Assembly: GCF_000150275.1 (NCBI RefSeq)
Contig: NW_002060943.1
Location: forward strand, 7,758,066 to 7,822,065
DNA: 64,000 bases
Source of the DNA: Trichoplax adhaerens
Lineage: Eukaryota; Animalia; Placozoa
Direction: 5' to 3'
Position numbers and translations under genes: made by a program. Within the stretch, counting starts at the first letter, position 1, and the number at the start of each line of letters is the position of its first letter. The notes beneath the pieces were generated by a model that was not told the origin of the DNA, searched no databases, and saw only the letters and a list, made by a program, of their open reading frames with translations. This document shows, piece after piece, positions 46,073-58,934 of this stretch.

Positions 46073-49000
46073 TTAAGCTATATTACCACCGTAAAGCTTA
46101 ATAGTTTTATCTATTTCAGATTTAAATTCTGAGATATGATTGTTAAGAGCACGCTCAAGATCTTTACTGTGGTATTCTTCATTAGCTCTGTAATCGGTAG
46201 CAACAGATCCTCGAGATGATGGGCGATGAGCCATCTAAACGCATTAAAAATATTACTTTAACAACTTATGTAACTGGATTTTACTAACTGTAGTATAGTA
46301 CTACGAAGATTGAAATGGCGATTAAGTAGCAAAATAAAAATCTGGAAGATAGAATGATAAAATATCGATAAATAACGTGTATTGAAGCCAACCTCATATT
46401 TATTTTCATTAATTTCTTGATCGTTAGTCGCAATGTTCATCGATACATTAGTAGAATTATGTTGACTGACAAAACCTGCAGAGTAAGCACTTCTGTTAGC
46501 TTTTCCAAGTCGAAGCGGTGATGTACTAGATACTGAAGGGCTACTCATACTGTTAAGATTATTTTTGGTATTAACTGGGCTGGTTTTGACTAGAAATAAA
46601 AGGTGAAACATTGTTATTGCAAACACTTTATAAGATTATCACTTACTTCAGCAATTATCCTTAAAATTAAATTCTTTAAAAGTATTTTGAGCCATACCCT
46701 TATAACTTACAAGTAGCTTTATTGTCATCCAAGATACTAGTATTTTGTAAGGGCGATCTCAATGATTTCTGATCATAGTATTTTGCTTTCTGTTCATACT
46801 CGCTTATTGTATTATCTAAACGATTTTGAAGGTCACTGATACGTTGTTCTGTATCTCTACTAAGCTGCACGATCCTATTAAATTATAGAGCACATGATGC
46901 TATTACTACTTATTTCAAAATTTTATTTAAAAAATTGATAAAAGATCTAAATTTACTTTTCATCCTTTACAAGAGGCGTAGCCTTGAGAGCAACAGCACG
47001 GTCTGGGGAAAGAGAATAGCGTTCTAGCATCGACTGATCTCCCCTCGATAAACCAAGCTTAAGAGATACCAAATCATTGTACAATTGTCGATTTTCCTCC
47101 TATTGAAGGTTATTATCAACTTACTGAATCTTTATGAATATAGTTTGATTACCTAACTTTCGAATTTTTTGCATATTTACAGGTATGTAGTTGTTACCTG
47201 TAACCTAGCTATAGATGAAATATGCTCATTTCTCAAGGCAGACAGTTGCTTCTCAACTGCCTTTAATTCTTCAGAAGCTTGTATCTGCTGTTTACCAATT
47301 TGATTCTGTAACTTTCGATTGTCACGATGCAAGATGTCATTTTGTGTATAGGCGTTCTGAATAATTGAGATTTCATAATTGGTTACACAATAATTTCTAA
47401 CAGATACAGTAACAAAATTATGTCAAATTTTTAAATCAAACCTTTAGTTCCGCTTCTAACTTATATTCTTGCATCTTAATATTCCTAAGGTCAGCTTCTA
47501 AATTCGAGGTTGTTTCGCCTTGTATAACTGCGGTGGCCTCCCTATTAATATAGGCACTTATTTAACTATTTATGCTATTGTCCTGGCTATTCTATAATGT
47601 TACTGTAATAGTTAGCTCTAAGACCTTTGGTGGAGTTTTGCTGTTAAATTAGACAATTCCTTTCGCATTCCTTCTTCTCGAGCTGCAGAAACCTCTTCCA
47701 TGTTAGTTATTTTTTCTCTCAACTAAAAAAGTGATTAAGTAAGTTATTGATCGTACTAGAGTATTGTAAGTCGATCGATCTAAACTTAACTATAAATTTA
47801 ATAGAATCTTTCGGAGAATGATACATATTTATCTATATCTAGATATTGGCATAACACATCAGCATTATGGATTTACCTTTGCATTTTCCGATAACATCTG
47901 CTTTAATTCTACTTCTTCAAGGCTTTTAACCGCTTCTTCCTGGTAATAAAATTCGTTAATATACGTGAATTGTTTATTAATTATACCACCTATCTAACAG
48001 AGGTAGGATATTTTAATGTAAATTGCTAACAAGTTTTATGAGTAAATAGAGATACCGTAGTACCTTTTGAGAGAACAAAACTTTGGTACTGGCTAATTCT
48101 TTTCGGGTTGACTCCAATCTATCATTATGTTAATAAGATCTATAGCCATGATAACATATCGATAGAATTACATCTTACAACTAAAAAAGTAACCTGTTTT
48201 GCAAAGCTTTAATCTCTTCTAATAAAGACTTTTCATTTTGAATTCTAGATTCAACTTCAGCTTGAAAGCGTATTATTTCATTCCGTAGTTTCGCTACTAA
48301 AGTAGATTCCTTTTTTTCATTCGATTCTTGAAGGGAACTAACAGTATTACAAGTTTTAATGTATTGATATATCTGCCATTCTTACATATCATATTACAAG
48401 TTCAATGTACCTAATAAGATTGTCCTTTTGCCGATTTTTATCTTCCAGTATAATTATAGCTTCAGATTGCTGTCGTCGCTCTAACTCTGCTTCCTAAATA
48501 AGTTTTATAAAATTTAAACTTAGGAATCGCTAAGAAATTGTAACCTTATAATCAAATTACAAACCCTAATAAGATCATTCTTCGATTGCAGTTCAATTCT
48601 TTGATGAGCAATATCATCCTCTCGTTCATGAACAATATTGTTAGCACGACGTAATTTACTTTGCAAATCAGAAATTTCATTTGATTGCTCGCGATTACTG
48701 TTAAGCGCTTCATCCAATGATTCTTTAATACTAAATATATAAAATAGAATAAATGGCACTTTACCGCTTATGAAAAGTATTCCGATTATCATGTAGCTGA
48801 ATGATCTACTCGAAAACTTACTGTCGCATAGTATCATCTTGTGTTTCGTATGATGACTTTAAGCGTAAAATCTATGGAACAGAATAACACCCGTTAGGAA
48901 GTATCCAATTTTTCAATTCTTATTAATACTTATCAATAGATTTTATGTCTACACATTATAAGCTTGAAAGTCATCCACTAACTTGAGACTCTTGTTGGGT

Positions 49001-51203
49001 AATTTCGGTCGTATATTTTTGATCCATGCTTTCAATTTGCTGTTGACGTTTAGCAAGCTGTGATTGTAATTCTAATATTTGCATCTAATAGTGCGATATG
49101 ACAAGCATTTATAGGTAATGAAGCATCGATTTATGATAGAATAATAACGACTGTAGCAAATAATGCAATTACTAAAACTCTTTTATATAAATACTTAAAA
49201 AATAAAATCACCTGCATTTGATCACACTTCTCCAAAGCCGCTTTCTTTTGTGATTCTATTAAAGTTGTCTTATCTTGATTATTGCGATACATCGTTTCCA
49301 AGTCCGTTGTTCTGCGCTGTGACTCCTATACACCGGTATTTAATAAAAAATAAGTAATTATATACATACCTTTAAAATCAGTAGTATTATAAATCATGAT
49401 TAAAAATAAATAACTAACGGCCATTCTTGCATTTAATTGTGTAATTTCAACAATTTTACTTTCTAATTCGAGAGACAGCTGAAAGAACAACATACACGTA
49501 TAGGCATATACTTAGGATAATTTCTTACATCAGCTTAAATTATAATTATTTAAATATCGCTTTGAATAAACTTTATATAATATATACTACTAAAAAAGAT
49601 CTCTATGGGATACCTGATCGCGTTGTTTTTCAACCTGTAATAGCTGTTTCGCATGTCTCTTTTGTAGTCTCTCGTAATCATTCTTAATATTAGTCAACTG
49701 TATAAAAATTGATCACCCGATGTATTAATATATTAATATAACTAAAATAGTAAAATAGTATTTCCATAACAGATCCCTTCGACGCAATTTAATCTCCAAA
49801 GGCATTAATTCGATAAGAGTAATTAATTGAGTTTTGTATATTCAGTAATTTTAGTTATATAATTAACCTCCATGCGTAAACTGGTAGATTGCTGTTCATA
49901 ATCAGAAACTAATCCCTCCTGAGATCGTTCCATATTTTGAACTTGTTGTCTTAGCTGCCCAATCTGGTTAAATTGTATATGTACTATCATTATTAAGTAC
50001 TTAAATTACACTATTAACCATTTAGACATAACTGGTTCTAGAATTCAACTATTTAAAAATCGTATAAACATCTAAATCGATAACAGTCTCACCTCCTGAT
50101 GACGTTGCTCTAGAGTCATAGTTTGCAATGTTAGTTCTCTATCACGTCGCTCTACTTGAGCTTGACAATTTTTTAACTTATTTTCCCAGTCTACTTGACT
50201 ACTTCTGATCATAATATCAATTTGCTTTAACAACTAGGATTGAATAGAATAAAGATTGTAAATTACTGTTCTCATAGGTCATGATATATACATATAACAA
50301 GGGTTACATAAGCTGATTATAATTATTAACAATATATTTGAGGCAAATTTACCGTCAACAAACTATAAAATAGCTTAAGTTTAAAAATTGAAGACGACTT
50401 TTTTTATACTTACTTCTTGTAGCTCATTTTCGCATGACGTTAAATGAAGTCTAAATAAAATAATTTTCTTTAATAACTTTATCATCACATATTCAACGTT
50501 ATTTAGATAATTTATTTCTTCATTTTATATGATCAAATTTATAATTCTAAGAGCTATATTTTATCCCCTAAAAATAGGCGCAATTATTTTCGGCGATTGT
50601 GAAGTATTCTTGATTAATAATATCCGCTGCAAATAGTGTCTCAAGTTGCAATGGCCTATTTATAATATCTATAATAATACCTTATGCATAATTTTCATAG
50701 TTACTAGTACAGTACTAATCACTAAGGTCGCCAATCCACTGATTTAACACATTCTCAAATGAGACCTGGCGTAAGCTACATTGTCCAATAGCACTAGTAA
50801 TAGTAGGATTCAGTTTTAATATTATTGAATTTTTGTTATTCACTGTTATTGATCTGTTAGCTATCTTTACAATTGGTATGATGTACGTTTTAATAAAGCG
50901 CAGTTTAATCACTTTAATGTCTATAGAATCCAATATTACAATACTGAAATTACAAATATCATACATCTTCCAAAGCTGATGAGATACAGTATATTTTGTA
51001 TTGACGCTTGTTTACAACTACTGAATGCAGCTTAAACTATTCGATATAAATGACTTGGTTACGATCAAAAACGTTTCATGACGAAAGATAGAAGATACGA
51101 GTGCATGCAACCGCGAACGTGCAGAATAGCCTTACCGATCGCCTGCTTTTCGATAGAGGTTGGATAAAACATTGGAGTAGGAATGGCTACTATTAAGGTC
51201 CAT
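46073..51203 (-). CDS. CEP63: Centrosomal coiled-coil protein CEP63/DEUP1 pro-orthologue, ~18-20 exons
   Basis: N-terminal LTSCENELQELLKQIDIMI..DWE; long coiled coil; C-terminal SVATDY..EE..DLERALNNHISEFKSEIDKTI. Confidence 0.88.
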
Positions 51204-51874
51204 CTTTTCTTAACAAGGTTAGCTGTAATAGCGTCCAAAGTGAGCTATGACGTACAATATTCAAGATGATTCCCCTAAAGTAGTAATTATCGGATAAGGT
51301 TGCCTATAAATGGAACACTTTAGTAGTTAGTTGATTATTGCATTTCGTTGAATACTCCTTTGTAGTTCACCTATATTCGACACACTGTTACAAGTAATCA
51401 TTCAAATTTTATTCCATTCAACAGACACTGTTTAATATACAATCCATTGGGTATAAGAAAGAGAGAAAAAGAGAGAAAAAAAATAGCTACTCCTTGTCAT
51501 GTTTGTATACTAGCATTGTATCTTAACTCGTATAAACGCCATTATAACTAATTGATAAATGATTACAAATTGATAGTCGATGAAGACTGAGGCTTTCTGA
51601 AAGCAAATAATTGCAGTTATTTTCTCCTACCTTGTCGTCCCTTTGAGTTCAAAGGTACACAGTATACTATTGCAAATGATTTCTTACAAGATGATTTTAA
51701 TCCTTGTCAATTGGCTCTCTGAATAGTTATTATTGTTGGAGATCTGGCCAACAGCGTCAACTATTGTAAGGAGGTTTTAAATTTGAAAATTGAATGTATG
51801 CAATCAGCGTCGGTTTGCTGGATTTGGCATAGTAACGTTTACACTGCAGTACCGTCAGTTGGTATTGTGACAGG

Positions 51875-52467
51875 AGTACTGTAGACTGTAGACTGTACAC
51901 TGTACACTGTACGGTACTGTACAGTACTGTACACTTGCAGCAGTGAGTCGCAAAAATCAAATTTCAACTCCAGGGTTTTTTCATACTAAAGCCTATTAAC
52001 TACCTTGGTAATGAAGCCAAGAAACTACTTTACTCGTCTATGGTTCAGTACGCGTCCAGTTTGTTTTCATAATGTGATCCCATAGAGGTAAGAAGGACTT
52101 TTCTTACCTCTACCGTACTGTACTGTATGTCTGATCGGTAGAATTCCAAGCTGTACTGTACAGTACAGTACAGTACAAAAAAATGGAATGAAATCGATCT
52201 AGTATTGACTTTTTTATTCCATTTTTCAAAATCTGGAAAGAATTTCTACACAGTGTAATTTTTGACTTCTACTGTACAGTGTACAGTACTGTACAGTAAC
52301 TGTAGCAAGGACTTTTATTGTATTGTACTGTAAGACTAATACTGTATGGCGTACAGTATAGTACTGTACTGTACTGTACTGTACAGTACTGTGATCAATT
52401 CTTACAGTACTGGACTGGAAACCCGTGCTAGTACTGTAGACTGTAGACTGTACACTGTACACTGTAC
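51875..52467. repeat. identical 38-bp direct repeats bracketing CAGTA-rich arrays
   Basis: AGTACTGTAGACTGTAGACTGTACACTGTACACTGTAC at 51875-51912 and 52430-52467. Confidence 0.85.
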
Positions 52468-53212
52468 CGTAACGCAGTGGCAGCTCGATGAAAGGACAAA
52501 GAAAAACGAAAGCTATTCTCGTCGCGAAACATTTCAAATTTGAAAATCATCAACACCAATCCACAAAATACGGATCAATTCAACTATCCATACCTAATAC
52601 AAGCCGACTGGCCATTATATAAAAAATCATTGGAACATTGGATATTATAATAATGATACAGAAGCATGACGGTTAGGATTGAGAATGGAAATTTGTAATT
52701 ACAGTACACTGTTTCGATGGCAATACCGTCTAGCATAGTTGGATCATTCTCCTGAGTAAATAACATGATTTATAGATCGTAGTCAGTTGTTTCATTTCTA
52801 ATGTTGATAAATCGAAACAGCCTAATTAAAATGAATCATGCAATGAATCCATTGCAATCTGTAAACGCGCTAATTTGCAGCAGAAATATTGAAATGAATT
52901 TCAACTACGGCAGTATAGTGCAGAGTATTCACAGGATTGTCATAAAGTGACCGTGGACAGAAATTCTACATAACGATATTTATTGATAATACTTACCGTC
53001 ATCAACACTAAATTATTATATCATCAATCTAAAATAATAATAGAAGAATCTTATTATACAAGGTCATTTTGTGACAAGTACACTGGTACATTGAAGTCAC
53101 TGTCAAAATAATAATCGTAATTCTGATATTAACAACTACAGCTGATAATTTGATATCCAAATACCTTGGAAGCTAAACTTTTAACTGTAGGCTATCTCTA
53201 CGGATATTTTAG

Positions 53213-55282
53213 TCAAAATTTCAACAACTTTTAGCCGATATCGCTAATATTGGAAGTACTACGGTGAGTTAGTTTACCAAGAGGTCAATTTCACCTGCAT
53301 CCTCTTTTCATGTTTCGTTAATGAGATATCCTTAATTCAGTATGCATTCTCTTCTATTCCAATGAGCAACACTGGATACTGTACAAGTGTACATATAATA
53401 TTAAGATCGGCTATACTGTGTATCCTTTAAATTAATTACATTATACACCATACTAATGCACGCAATCACCTCTTTTATGTTAGGGATTTAAGTATTTCAC
53501 TCTTCAGTTAAACGGAAAAGAAGAATTGCTATGTTCTATATTAAACAGTCCTTCGGTATGCAATTGTTGTACTTATTTTACTAACATATATAGTAAACAT
53601 GGGTATTACATAATTAAAATGGATATTGTATAACAGATATCATAACTACACCGTATGTCAATGATGTTGGACTGAGCGTTAGTGTCTTAACTGATAGATG
53701 CTGATGCATTTTTTTGGTTAAAAGTTATTCGTCTTAAAATTATAGTCTTAGCGCATATTAGTATGAACACTTTATGATATTAGCTCTCGTGAAGATGATA
53801 AATACTTTTAATCTAATGAAATCCTCTAATTGATAACCTAGAAAAATTATAATATCTTTGAAATGAATTGTTTTAAAATAATGAAAACTTATTTAATACT
53901 TTGAAACTGGAAATTCCTCCGTTCATCTGCATAGCAAATGGTGCAGACTGTCCGGAATAGATCTACGAAGTTGTACTAATTATGCATACAAACTTATTTA
54001 TTATTTGAATTAATATTCTTACGTTAAGATTTACAGCAATGAAAATGCTATTGGTTGGGATGATATATACGATACCAACAATATATCAAAGAAAAGGTCA
54101 TTGAAATAACGTTTATCATGCACTACAACGCACCAAAATCAATTCATATATACATAGCAGCACTCAGCTTCTAATTACATTCTTAAATATCAGTAGTGTG
54201 TCGTAGACAACAAATTGCTAACAGTCTTGAATATTATTCTTTAAAATAATTCATAGGCGACCTCCGCTATTATCGCAGATGAGCCAAAGCAAGTAAGCAC
54301 GAATAAGAATATAATTCGAGTATTTTGTAAGCTACTTCTATATGCACGTGTATGTAGAATCTAATCAACTAATATTGTAATGTATACATTACTACGTCGT
54401 TATATTACATGTACTCTTGGAATCCATTCAATCCGATATGGAATCGAACACACTTGTCAACGTTATACTTAGTTTATTAAAAGAATCTGGCGGTACTGGC
54501 TCTAGCTTGCCTCCAGCTAGCCCTCCGATATCTTGTATCAGTAATGTAAGTACTTATGTTGATTATTTATTAAATAAATAAAATAGGAGATAAAATAAGT
54601 AAAGTTATAAAAATTCACTATTATTAAGTATGTAATATGAAAAAAATTTAATGTATTTATGATATAGGCTGATGAAACATTATTCCTGATTGGTGCTTAT
54701 CCGCTTTACGACCGGCCGTATGTTTGGATTCGAAACAATCATAGCCGCTTCATGGTAGATTCAGATTTAGAAAATGAAAAAACGAAGAGCAGCCCCTTAC
54801 GATTAAAGTCATCACTTGAATGGGAAAAGAGAGGTTAAACATTATTACATTATATCCAAGCTGAACCGTTGATTTTACAGAATCTTGCTAATGCTACATA
54901 ACAACCGTGACACATGTACCATTTACGTACAACCGTAGATATTCGAATCTGGGATATAATAGCAGAACTTGTAACTATTTCATGCAGACCGTCACCAAGA
55001 AATCCATTCGCTATCGATATAGATTATTATGATAATTCTCCACTTGTTGAGAGTACTTTGGCTACTGGATCTACTATTCGAATTTTACAGGAAATTGTTA
55101 CTTCAAGTCACCCATACAATGACAAAGGTACCAATAACGACGCATTGTGTATAGAACTATCATGGTTACAATACTATGTACTCTTCTACGTATATATCTT
55201 AGTGTGGGATGACTTACAGCAGCTGACCAAACGCCATTTCGAAGACTTGGAAGCAGTAGTTGGAAACTGGTATAGCAATTGA
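53213..55282 (+). CDS. Uncharacterised multi-exon protein (5' end unresolved)
   Basis: GT-AG-bounded exons 53213-53263, 53484-53555, ~53935, ~54037, 54257, 54473, 54669, 54939 and 55203-55282 translate as SKFQQLLADIANIGSTTGFKYFTLQLNGKEELL..SLPPASPP..ETLFLIGAYPLYDRPYVWIRNNH..PLRLKSSLEW..IWDIIAELV..RNPFAIDIDYY..WYSN*. The junction near 53970-54030 is uncertain. Confidence 0.72.
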
Positions 55283-56379
55283 AACACTAATCAGGTACAG
55301 TATTTTTGGAGTCATGCACTACTGGACCAAATCCAGAAGGTATCACACAATCGAATCTTCTCACAAGGAAATGAGTATATCAATGGTGAAGTTTCCGGCT
55401 ATTAATTAGTTGATGATTTATTTATTTAATGTTGCATTACAGCAAAGTTATATCAGATTGTAGCCCTCTAATGTGAATGTATGATTTAACTGTACAAAGT
55501 ATATAAAATTTGAAATTTTACACAGTATATCATCCATCCACTACAGCATATCTCTACCGCTAGCCAACTAATGTAACGTTACGATGAACATATTTATGTC
55601 AAGTTTAGTTATCATGCGCTTATTGATTAACCACCGTCAAAATCAAATTCTTATCATCTTTGATCAATGTAATCATGACTAAACTACTTCTTTAATAAAG
55701 GTAATTATACCAATTGTTGACCTGTTAAAGCTAAATCTAAAAATGTAATTAGGAAATTTATCGACACTTTCGGCATATGAAAATGTTGAAATCTGCAGAC
55801 TAGTAAAGTGCGAAACTATATATTATGAATACTACGGTATATCTAATGTATAGTGTATACTGTATTACATTACATCAAGTACTATATCTAACGAATTCGA
55901 ATTGCAAAGCCGTAACCTCAATCGAATACGAATATTGAATTATAATTATTCATCGTATGCAACATATAATAGTACAAGCGTGGTAACCTACCTGTACTGT
56001 ATCTAATACAGTACTCTGATTGTAAGCACCTCACCAACTCTAGTTTTCGAATGAGTATAAGCTAGGTGAGAAGAACGTCCGCTGCAGTTTAAAGTCAACG
56101 GCAATATGCGTGTATGTCCCAGCGCTTTGCATAACAGAGAACCTTTTATTACTATCACAATGAAGTTATGCCATTGAATCCACATTTAACCATGTCATTT
56201 TACTCTTTTATTAATAGGATTAGCAAATCTCTTATGCATATGATTAAGTACATTAAGAAATATATCGCTACACGAGTACATCTTCGCCCGACTAGATCTT
56301 AGCATATAAATGCTATCCATTATAGCAATGCCAAAGATCAGAAAGAATTTTTTGAAACCGGGTACGTATTCAAGATTAG

Positions 56380-58572
56380 TTACTACAGCGAACAAGAAAG
56401 AAAGTAATTTAGTTATAGCCTCATAAATGCCACCTAAAAGATGTTGAAATCTTACGTATTTCTCTTGATTGACTCCATCTTTCCATACGATACCGAATGG
56501 AGTAATACCATCCTCGCGGAAGTTAACCAAAACCAACAAACAAGTAGAGTCTTTGGATTCTCCCATGTAAAAATCCCAATCCTTGAAAGTATTTAAAATT
56601 TTTGGTACCATTGCAGATGCACCTTTCTTAAAGACGCTAACACGATCAGGGCTATTTTCTTCAAGGTATCCCAATAATTTCTTCATGTAGACTAGAAATG
56701 GGATAGAAAATTTCAAATGATTGTCGTTGTGATTAATTATTAGCTATACCGTATAATTTAATTTAAAGTAATTGATAATATAATAGTTGGCAGAACACTA
56801 ACACTACCATTAACATTAATTCTTAATAAAATGGAAGTACTAATTACTGCACATATAGCACTATGAGTATGCAATCTTTACAAAAAGAGCGTCACCTCTT
56901 TCCTGAAAATATGTACAGTACATAGAGATAAATAACCTCTATGAGCTACTATACAGTGCACCTTCCGAAGTTTGAACTCTTAGGTGGATTACTAAAGACT
57001 CATGATGGTATCCGAAAAAATTATTAAACTACTATTCCACTTCGATTAACACTCGAACAAGTGGTAAAGAATTAGTGTAACTAGCTTTATAATCCGGTCA
57101 GAAGTTATGCATCAGTAGCAAAATATCGCGTTCACTATACAGAGTGCATGAGTCCATTTCTACTCTAAGCATTTTCATCTAAATGATACATCTGGAAACA
57201 TCTTCACCACAAGTATTAGAATCAATCAACAGCCATTCTAACCTTTAATGTAAGATTGAAACTCTTTCTTAGTGAGATCTATCTTCTCTAATCGATTGGC
57301 AAGAACGAAGTTAATTCCACTAACACTGCTAGCCTCACTTGTTTCATCAGCCACCTCTGCAGATGCATTACCACCAATCGCTGATTCAGGAATATCAGTG
57401 ACTTCTGATGTCATCTACAAAACACGAACAAGCACCTTGGAATTTACTAACACTAAAACATTGGCTTAGTGTATGCAAAATTGTTTTAAAATCAATTCGT
57501 TTTCTATCTTAACCGGTGCCACCTCAACTCTGTAGTACACTTTAACCGTTTTAAACCAACATAAGATATGACATGAATATGTATAGACACTACACCATCG
57601 TACAAGTACAAAGGGTCATTGCACTTATTTTATTTCAAGTACCATACCTTGCCTTCAATTTCGTAATACAAATCATCTTTTAATACGTATGGAATACCGT
57701 CGGAAAAAATTTCTTGATCTAGAATTTCAATTAAATAAGCGTATTTTACCTCCAGTCGTTGAAGAAAGTCAAACAAATAATCTTTAAATAATGTCGAGTG
57801 ACGCAGAGTATACTACATCACCATCAATATATGAAGGTTAAAATGAGAGTAAATTATGATGCAAGATTTCAATCACGTCAATCAAGTTGAGAAAGAATAT
57901 AAATTATAGATTTCAGGAAAAAGAAACATCTTGATTCACTGAGATCGAAGGGGTTTTATGAGAATATTTCATTCTCGATGGTCAGGCTAACTGATGAACT
58001 TTAGTTTTAATAGTTTTAATTTAGGACGATAAAATGTAATCCTCAGTATCTCTAATCTAGTGCACATTACAGAGGATCACTACAGAATTTTCAGATAGAT
58101 TTCTGATCCGACTATACCAGTGATACCTGTACGTACAAACAGGCATCGTACTGATTCATTTCGCAATCTACCGCATCATACGAATTGAAGTATGCTAATA
58201 TTAGCTATACTGTACTGTACGTACAGTGGAAGGATGGCTTACGTATTCGAAGCAAAACGGCTTTAATTGAAGTCTACTCTTCCTAATAATACAGTACGAG
58301 TATATCAACTTATTATTCTCTGCATATATCAAGAAAATAGAAACTAAACTTCGTCTATAGTAGAACACATCTAACATTAACGTCTTTCAGCTACATTTCA
58401 AGGCACGTTCAGTTTTACCCAGTAGCACTGTAGTCGATCGTAAAGAGTTGATAACAACGTTTCCAACTCACTAAAATGCGAAAATAATCACAAATACACC
58501 AGTCATTTCCTGCACAAAACTTTATTAGTGATACATTACCGTACCATTAAAAACGTCTTTGAAGACGATCAT
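56380..58572 (-). CDS. TPT1: Translationally controlled tumour protein (TCTP)
   Basis: MIVFKDVFN|DQEIFSD..YEIEGK|..IGGNASAE..SGINFVLANRL..|YMKKLL..WDFYMGES..FREDGITPF..KDGVNQEKY. Exons ~58572-58545, 57718-57648, 57415-57244, 56692-56456, with stop at 56382-56380. Confidence 0.94.
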
Positions 58573-58657
58573 TGTCGATTAAAGAAGGATTTGGAAGGCT
58601 TTGGTTCGAAATTGGAGTAACACTGAAGCCGCCACTAGCGCAACGACAGATATTTCT

Positions 58658-58687
58658 GAAAAGGAAGCTTTTGAAGGCGTGACGTCA
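58658..58687 (-). promoter_or_regulatory. 5'TOP/TCT-like pyrimidine tract plus adjacent CRE palindrome upstream of TCTP
   Basis: Minus strand CTTCCTTTTC (58667-58658) lies ~90 nt before the ATG; TGACGTCA at 58680-58687. Confidence 0.55.
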
Positions 58688-58891
58688 GCATCATACCCAC
58701 GCGCTTACAAGCATGCGTACTTATCCACAATCCGCACAGTAAGACCGCAGGGAGCAGGGACTACTAAAAAAAGAAAGAGACGTTTGAATATTTGAAAGCA
58801 CGGTCGTGTACAAGTACAAGTACAGTACTGTAGTACTGTCATGGTCTCATGGACCAGAAATACCGTATGCTGTACCTTGCTTTTTACTTTT

Positions 58892-58934
58892 TAGAGACCT
58901 TTAAAAGAGTCTCTAATAATAATAAGGGTCTCTA
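58892..58934. repeat. TAGAGACC..GGGTCTCTA palindromic element (related to 37492)
   Basis: TAGAGACCTTTAAAAGAGTCTCTA-ATAATAA-TAAGGGTCTCTA. The last 12 nt are identical to 37505-37516. Confidence 0.6.

Noticed and set aside
49479-49613. GTATCCC donor in CEP63 as a U12 intron
   Set aside because: No CCTTAAC-type branch near the 3' end, and a polypyrimidine tract is present. Probably U2-type.
57990-58035. CTGATGA as a hammerhead core or C box
   Set aside because: No stem II plus GAAA, and it is antisense to the TCTP host.
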